Assembly: GCA_040954595.2 (NCBI GenBank)
Contig: CM082594.2
Coordinates: 5,069,319 to 5,133,318, forward strand
Reading direction: 5' to 3'
Length of the DNA stretch: 64,000 nucleotides
Origin: Balanoglossus misakiensis
Taxonomy: Eukaryota > Animalia > Hemichordata
Under the pieces are notes generated by a model. That model saw only the letters and a program-made list of their open reading frames with translations. It made no database searches and was not told where the DNA came from. A program made the translations under genes and the position numbers. Numbering within the stretch: the first letter of the stretch is position 1; every line of letters begins with the position of its first letter. Positions 59,033 through 64,000 of this stretch are shown piece by piece.

Positions 59033-61717
59033 TCTATACGCTCAGTCGGCCACCGGGTGTTACAAGGTTTTCTCTGGGAATCATAAAATATGTTTAAATT
59101 CCCTAAAACATTCACAGACCTCTGATATCACCGGTACTTCTCATTCAAAATGGCGGTCACCGCAACGTGGCAGGTGAGAAAGTACCAGGATGATGACCTC
59201 GGGTCATGACCTTAAAGCCCCCTAGGCTGAGATTGTTCATTTCGAAACTGATCAGGCTGAAATTTATCCGGTGTACCCATTTAAACTTGCATTTTTAGTC
59301 AAATATTGTTCATTTGAACAATTCCAAATCGCTATATACTCTAAGCAAGCAATGCATTGGCCACAAATGCCATGGTGTAGACGAGAAATTACATGTACTC
59401 GCTTTGCCAATAATATTGTCCTTTCAATTTATGTTTTACATGTATGCAACTTCCATGGGATCTCAATGATTGAATTAATATTTTGCACTTGAATAATTTG
59501 ACAAACAGGCAGCAAGACCACCCCTGCCCCGCCCCACACACGTGGAGAAGAAGCCACGTCACCCTTTCATACCGCCCTCTACAGTCCATTGCAACTTTAA
59601 CTCTTGTGTTTTTCAAATTGGGTATGAAAGCTATCATATTCCCCCTTTTGACAACTTCTTGTGTCATTTTGATAGCTTTGCAGCACAAACTTGTATCTCC
59701 ACATCTTCTGGCCATTTTTCAGCATTTTTGTATATTGTAATTTCTTCTTTTACTTCATAAAGCATGATGAATTATGTATATAAACCATATGGTATAAAAT
59801 TTATTGTTGTCAAGTATTGGTCCATGTCCACTATTGCTATAATGGCCATGGCACATCCAAGTGAAACCGGTTGCAGCCAGCTAAGTGTGATGCATCAACA
59901 GTGGCAAGGCCACAGGATTCATCCCCACTCCATTGTAAACATCATCAGACTGCCTTGGTCTGTTGAATTTGTTATGAACCAAACCTTCGGAAACAATACC
60001 CGACCTACTTCTGCTCTGAGGGAAGCGCCAACTTATTTGCGTATGAATAAACACTGGCTTCGTTTTTTGAGCAGTGAAGCGCATTGTGTTCGCTTTGCTT
60101 CGACTCCCGCCAAATCGAACAAACTACCAACATTACTCGCAAACTGATTATTCTACTAGTGGTATTTAGTGCTCATCATTTTCAAATCAGTATAACGCGT
60201 TGGTAAATTCACAAACTCAACTACAAAATGTACTTTTCCACACTTGTACTGCATACACAACTCGTAGCCAATGAATACTTGCCCATTATTTAGCAAACTG
60301 ATTATTCTACATACATTATAGACATGACTATGTCTTCCCATACTTTTACAAAAACACTACACAAACAATGTTATATACATTTCATGTCATCTAGAAGCTA
60401 CTGAAGGTTCAGGAACTTCCAGTCATGACCAGTATTTATTTTAAATTACCCAATTCAGACCATTACACTTTCTACAAGTCACAGATATGAAATAACATAT
60501 ATGAATTTCACTGTGATTTCACCTTCATTAACAAATACAGTCATACAATTGCATTCTTGTTTTTGTAAAATATACTTAGACCTGTACACTGGCTGTTTTT
60601 TAATAATTGTTCATGATACAAAAAATTATCACTGCATAGCTTGAGGGCAAAAATAGGCCTCTATATATTCTACAACAAAATCGCTGCAATTCAGCATTTT
60701 GCAAAAAACAAACACAAACAATATAGCCGTTTTAAAATCGCTACAGGATTTTGCAAACAAAATTGTTTTGTTTTTTCTTTATGGCAGAAGGTTAATTAAA
60801 ACATTCAGTTAAATCACCCAGGAATGAATGAAAATATTTACACAGTTGAGAAAATGCTCAATATGTCTGACATCTCGCATTTTCATATCTGGCAAGAGAA
60901 ATTTGTAAAGAGTTAATGGATATGTTGCCATTTTTTTTATTAGTTTTGTTTATCCTCATAAAGCCAAGCATCATACCTTGGCATCTCCTTAACTATAACC
61001 AACACCTAGAGAAGGTTAAGAGTGTACCAAGCCTTAAACATACCAAACAAAACAGTGTTCTTACACTCAACGCAAATCTAAATCAAGGACCTTCCCCAAC
61101 GTTCTCAGTGAATTTCAAGCAAATTTTAGGGGTACAACATGTTACTTCAAGAAGTGACTGACTGTGCAGTGTATATTTCTGTCAATTTCTTACTTCATGA
61201 TCGTAGGGCATTTTTGACAGCGTAAGATGCAAAATCAATTATCAAGGACTTTCCAGGAATGATATTCCTGAAGCACATACACAACCCAAGGTAAAATCTG
61301 TCTGTTATATGTTTTTGCTATACAGTACAAATAAAACTACCCCTAAGCTGATATGCACGATGAATTGGAATCAAGCTCCCAGAAACCATTTCCAAGTACT
61401 ATACAATATTCCCTATCAAAATAAATATATAGGCAGTTTCTGATTATAACATATGTGTACATTCACTGGAAGCATTGGCAAAAAAAATGTAATACGGGTT
61501 AGCATTTCAAAGGATTGGGGTTGATATTAAACACAAATTATTCATACTCTGTTGCTAAACCTGTAACATCATAGACTGCACCCCAGTAACTATGTTAGAT
61601 TCTGATTCTGTCTGTTTTCCTGTCAGAAAAACCTTGAATATTGAAGGATCATGTAAATATGTGCGACATGCTGACAGCGCTGGAGATCGCAGACACTCTC
61701 TGGAGATGCTGGAAGGT

Positions 61718-63982
61718 CTAGTTGTTTTCTGGTGGCATGACTGCAGATTTACACGTATCCTTGCCCTGTGGTGAGATAAAAATCACAAAAATTCAGTGTG
61801 GTAAAAGCTAATGAAAGAAAGGTTTCTGAAATCAGAAATAGAACACTTACACACACCATTGGAGAAAATAACACTCTGACAAAAATTTGTGTTGCAAATG
61901 AAATGCACATGTCCAAATGTATTACTATTAAAAGATCAGGAAAGTTGATTAATTTTGTTTTTCATAATGGGGCATGATGTAAGTGAAATGTAATGTTGGC
62001 ATCAAGCCGATGTGTGGATGCTTTCATGTCGCAACACTCGAGTGGCAATATTCCAAAATACCACAGCTGCTAAGTAGCACAGACACTGTGATAAACAACA
62101 AATTTACACGTTGTAAATTAACCCAGTTGTCTGACATTGGAGTCCTAATAACCCACTAAACCAACTCGAAAAGAAACTGAACAATCCCGAAAGATTAAAA
62201 ACAATTCATTGATTCTAGAAATTTTGTAGGTCACAAACTGAAAGTGCATCGATGTTGTTTGCGACCACAGGCTGGCTTGGAGCCAGACCATGAAGAATGA
62301 GGCACTCTGGTGTACAATGACATGGTGTTACGTTTGTCTGGCCCATTGCCAAGATCACGAAAAACCAGCACACGACATCAACAATAACATGGAGGTCAAC
62401 TGGTGTCAAACTCATGTCAAGACCCTGCCAAGGTCATTCTTTTATAGTCCACATTCCCCTTTAACAGTCACTGATCAGTAGAATCTCACAGAGGGTCTTT
62501 AAAATCGCAACATGTTTCATCGAGTGTCAACATCCAATATGTCAATAATTCATACTATTAATTCAGTACATGTGACATGGGACAGATGATACACTGTACC
62601 TATATGTATGCATTAAATAAACCATTAGTTATGTTGGAAAGCCTTCGTCCAAGCTTAATTTTCACTTTTTATGACAATATTCTATCGTTTTTCAACTTCC
62701 AGTACAGAATATGGGTGTAATACACAACTGAAGGTCGTACAGACAAATGTATTGATCTGTACAAATCAATTAAGTAGCACAAGGTGATATTACAATCTAC
62801 TCTTACAATACTTACATGTGTCCTTTCGCCCGCTTTACTCCAGAAGGTCACTTTGACCTTCTGTTTCTTGCCAGTCCTCTGATCAAAGCATTCGCACATG
62901 TCGAACGGTGGCGAGTACAAGTGGAGGCTGACACCTGGGTTGACGTGGCTGATATTTTCAACCCGGTGAAGACCATCAGCGTCTGCAAGAGAAATGGAGG
63001 CTTAAATTATAGCAGAGAGACAATTGGCAAGAAATTGTGTCGGGTTATTAACGTTGTCAACCATCTGACAGGCAATTTGCTCATTAATGTGTGTTTCTAG
63101 TTCAGAAACATTACATGTACAATATATAGCTGGTCACATGCTCAGACAGTTTTGACCAAGCACCAGATATTATCTACATCACTGCTTTTAAAGGTACCAG
63201 ACTGATGCCAAGAAATTCCTGGAAACTGACTCAGATCTTTTATCTGAAAAACTGACAAGTTTGGCACCAGATGCCAAAACTGTTAAAACAACACCAGTTA
63301 ATTTGCTGCACATCATGCATTCAATATATCAATGCATACCGCAGATGTAGGCAACTTCATCCCGGTGGTATCTGTTTTTGGCTTTTTCTGTCATCTCGTG
63401 TTCCGGTTCGGATTCGCTCGGCCAGGCATACATAGTCTCTTGCAGTTCCCCATCCAGGATTTTCATGAAACAGTGTGCGTCTGAGTGACTATGAATACCA
63501 CTGTGTATAAAGGCCAAAAAAACAGAAACGCGTGTATTATTGTATATATAGAATTAATTATATGTACATACAGAATTAACAATAAGTCCAAAAAATGTAT
63601 TATTGTATATATAGAAATAATTATACATGTATCTCTGTGTACTGTACACTCTCAAACCAGCTTCTTTCAAATAATAAATCAATTAAGTTATTTTGTACTT
63701 TGACGCACGCACATCTGTCCAGGTGCTTGTGTTTTAAATGCTGCTGAAATTTCCTGATCGTCAGTAAAAAGTAATGTACTGAGAAGTGATACATTATATT
63801 ATAAAAACTCGGAGAGAACGAAAACATGGAAACTAATCCTGGTCATTCAAATCCATACACAAGACTTGAAAAAAAAAAATAATTAAAAAAATTATTTGCT
63901 GTACCTTCCTTGGCCTTCTCCCCAACAGAGGACGATTAAATTAAACTTTCCGTTTCCTTCATCCACTAAATTTCTTGTGTAC
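61718..63982 (-). CDS. CDO1: Cysteine dioxygenase type 1, 3' four exons (exon 1 lies beyond window end)
   Basis: Exons 63982-63905, 63500-63340, 62982-62816, 61765-61718. [43 protein letters not shown] (Fe ligands HxH, cross-link Cys), [19 protein letters not shown] (cross-link Tyr), C-terminus ENN*. Confidence 0.97.
63533..63632. repeat. Direct duplication of about 35 bp in a CDO1 intron
   Basis: TGTATTATTGTATATATAGAA(T/A)TAATTATA occurs at 63533 and 63596. Confidence 0.8.
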
Positions 63983-64000
63983 CTGAAAGATAAAAAAAAA

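Noticed and set aside
59271-60341. Cluster of 60-127 aa ORFs between CDO1 and TMED7
   Set aside because: No recognisable homology, no consistent splice pattern; probably CDO1 3' flank and TMED7 upstream sequence.

Overview
Gene-dense (about 37% GC by eye), intron-rich animal genomic DNA from an invertebrate bilaterian, probably a deuterostome; the taxon is inferred from protein similarity and intron positions, not proven. I reconstructed nine spliced genes by hand with phase-consistent splice sites: EPC1/2-like (-, 3' end runs off the window), MBD5/6-like (-), AARSD1 (+), SLC49A4/DIRC2 (-), an ASB1/12-like ankyrin-SOCS gene (+), an SLC5A8/12-like sodium:solute symporter (+), an ADAM10/17-family metalloprotease (-), TMED7 (-) and CDO1 (-, 5' end runs off the window). 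There are several MITE families and microsatellites, but no rRNA, tRNA, CRISPR array or autonomous transposon that I can support. The main highlights are: an ADAM10-like sheddase whose cytoplasmic tail ends in a CUE-like ubiquitin-binding module and which carries a U12-type AT-AC intron plus a GC-AG intron; an 18-nt microexon in AARSD1; a uORF-packed 5'UTR and a 4.4-kb polyQ exon in MBD5; two gene pairs arranged as in human (MBD5-EPC, CDO1-TMED7); ZNF143 and CLEAR motifs at divergent promoters; and a possible decayed alpha-1,2-fucosyltransferase pseudogene. All family assignments rest on recalled sequences and motifs; no database search was run.
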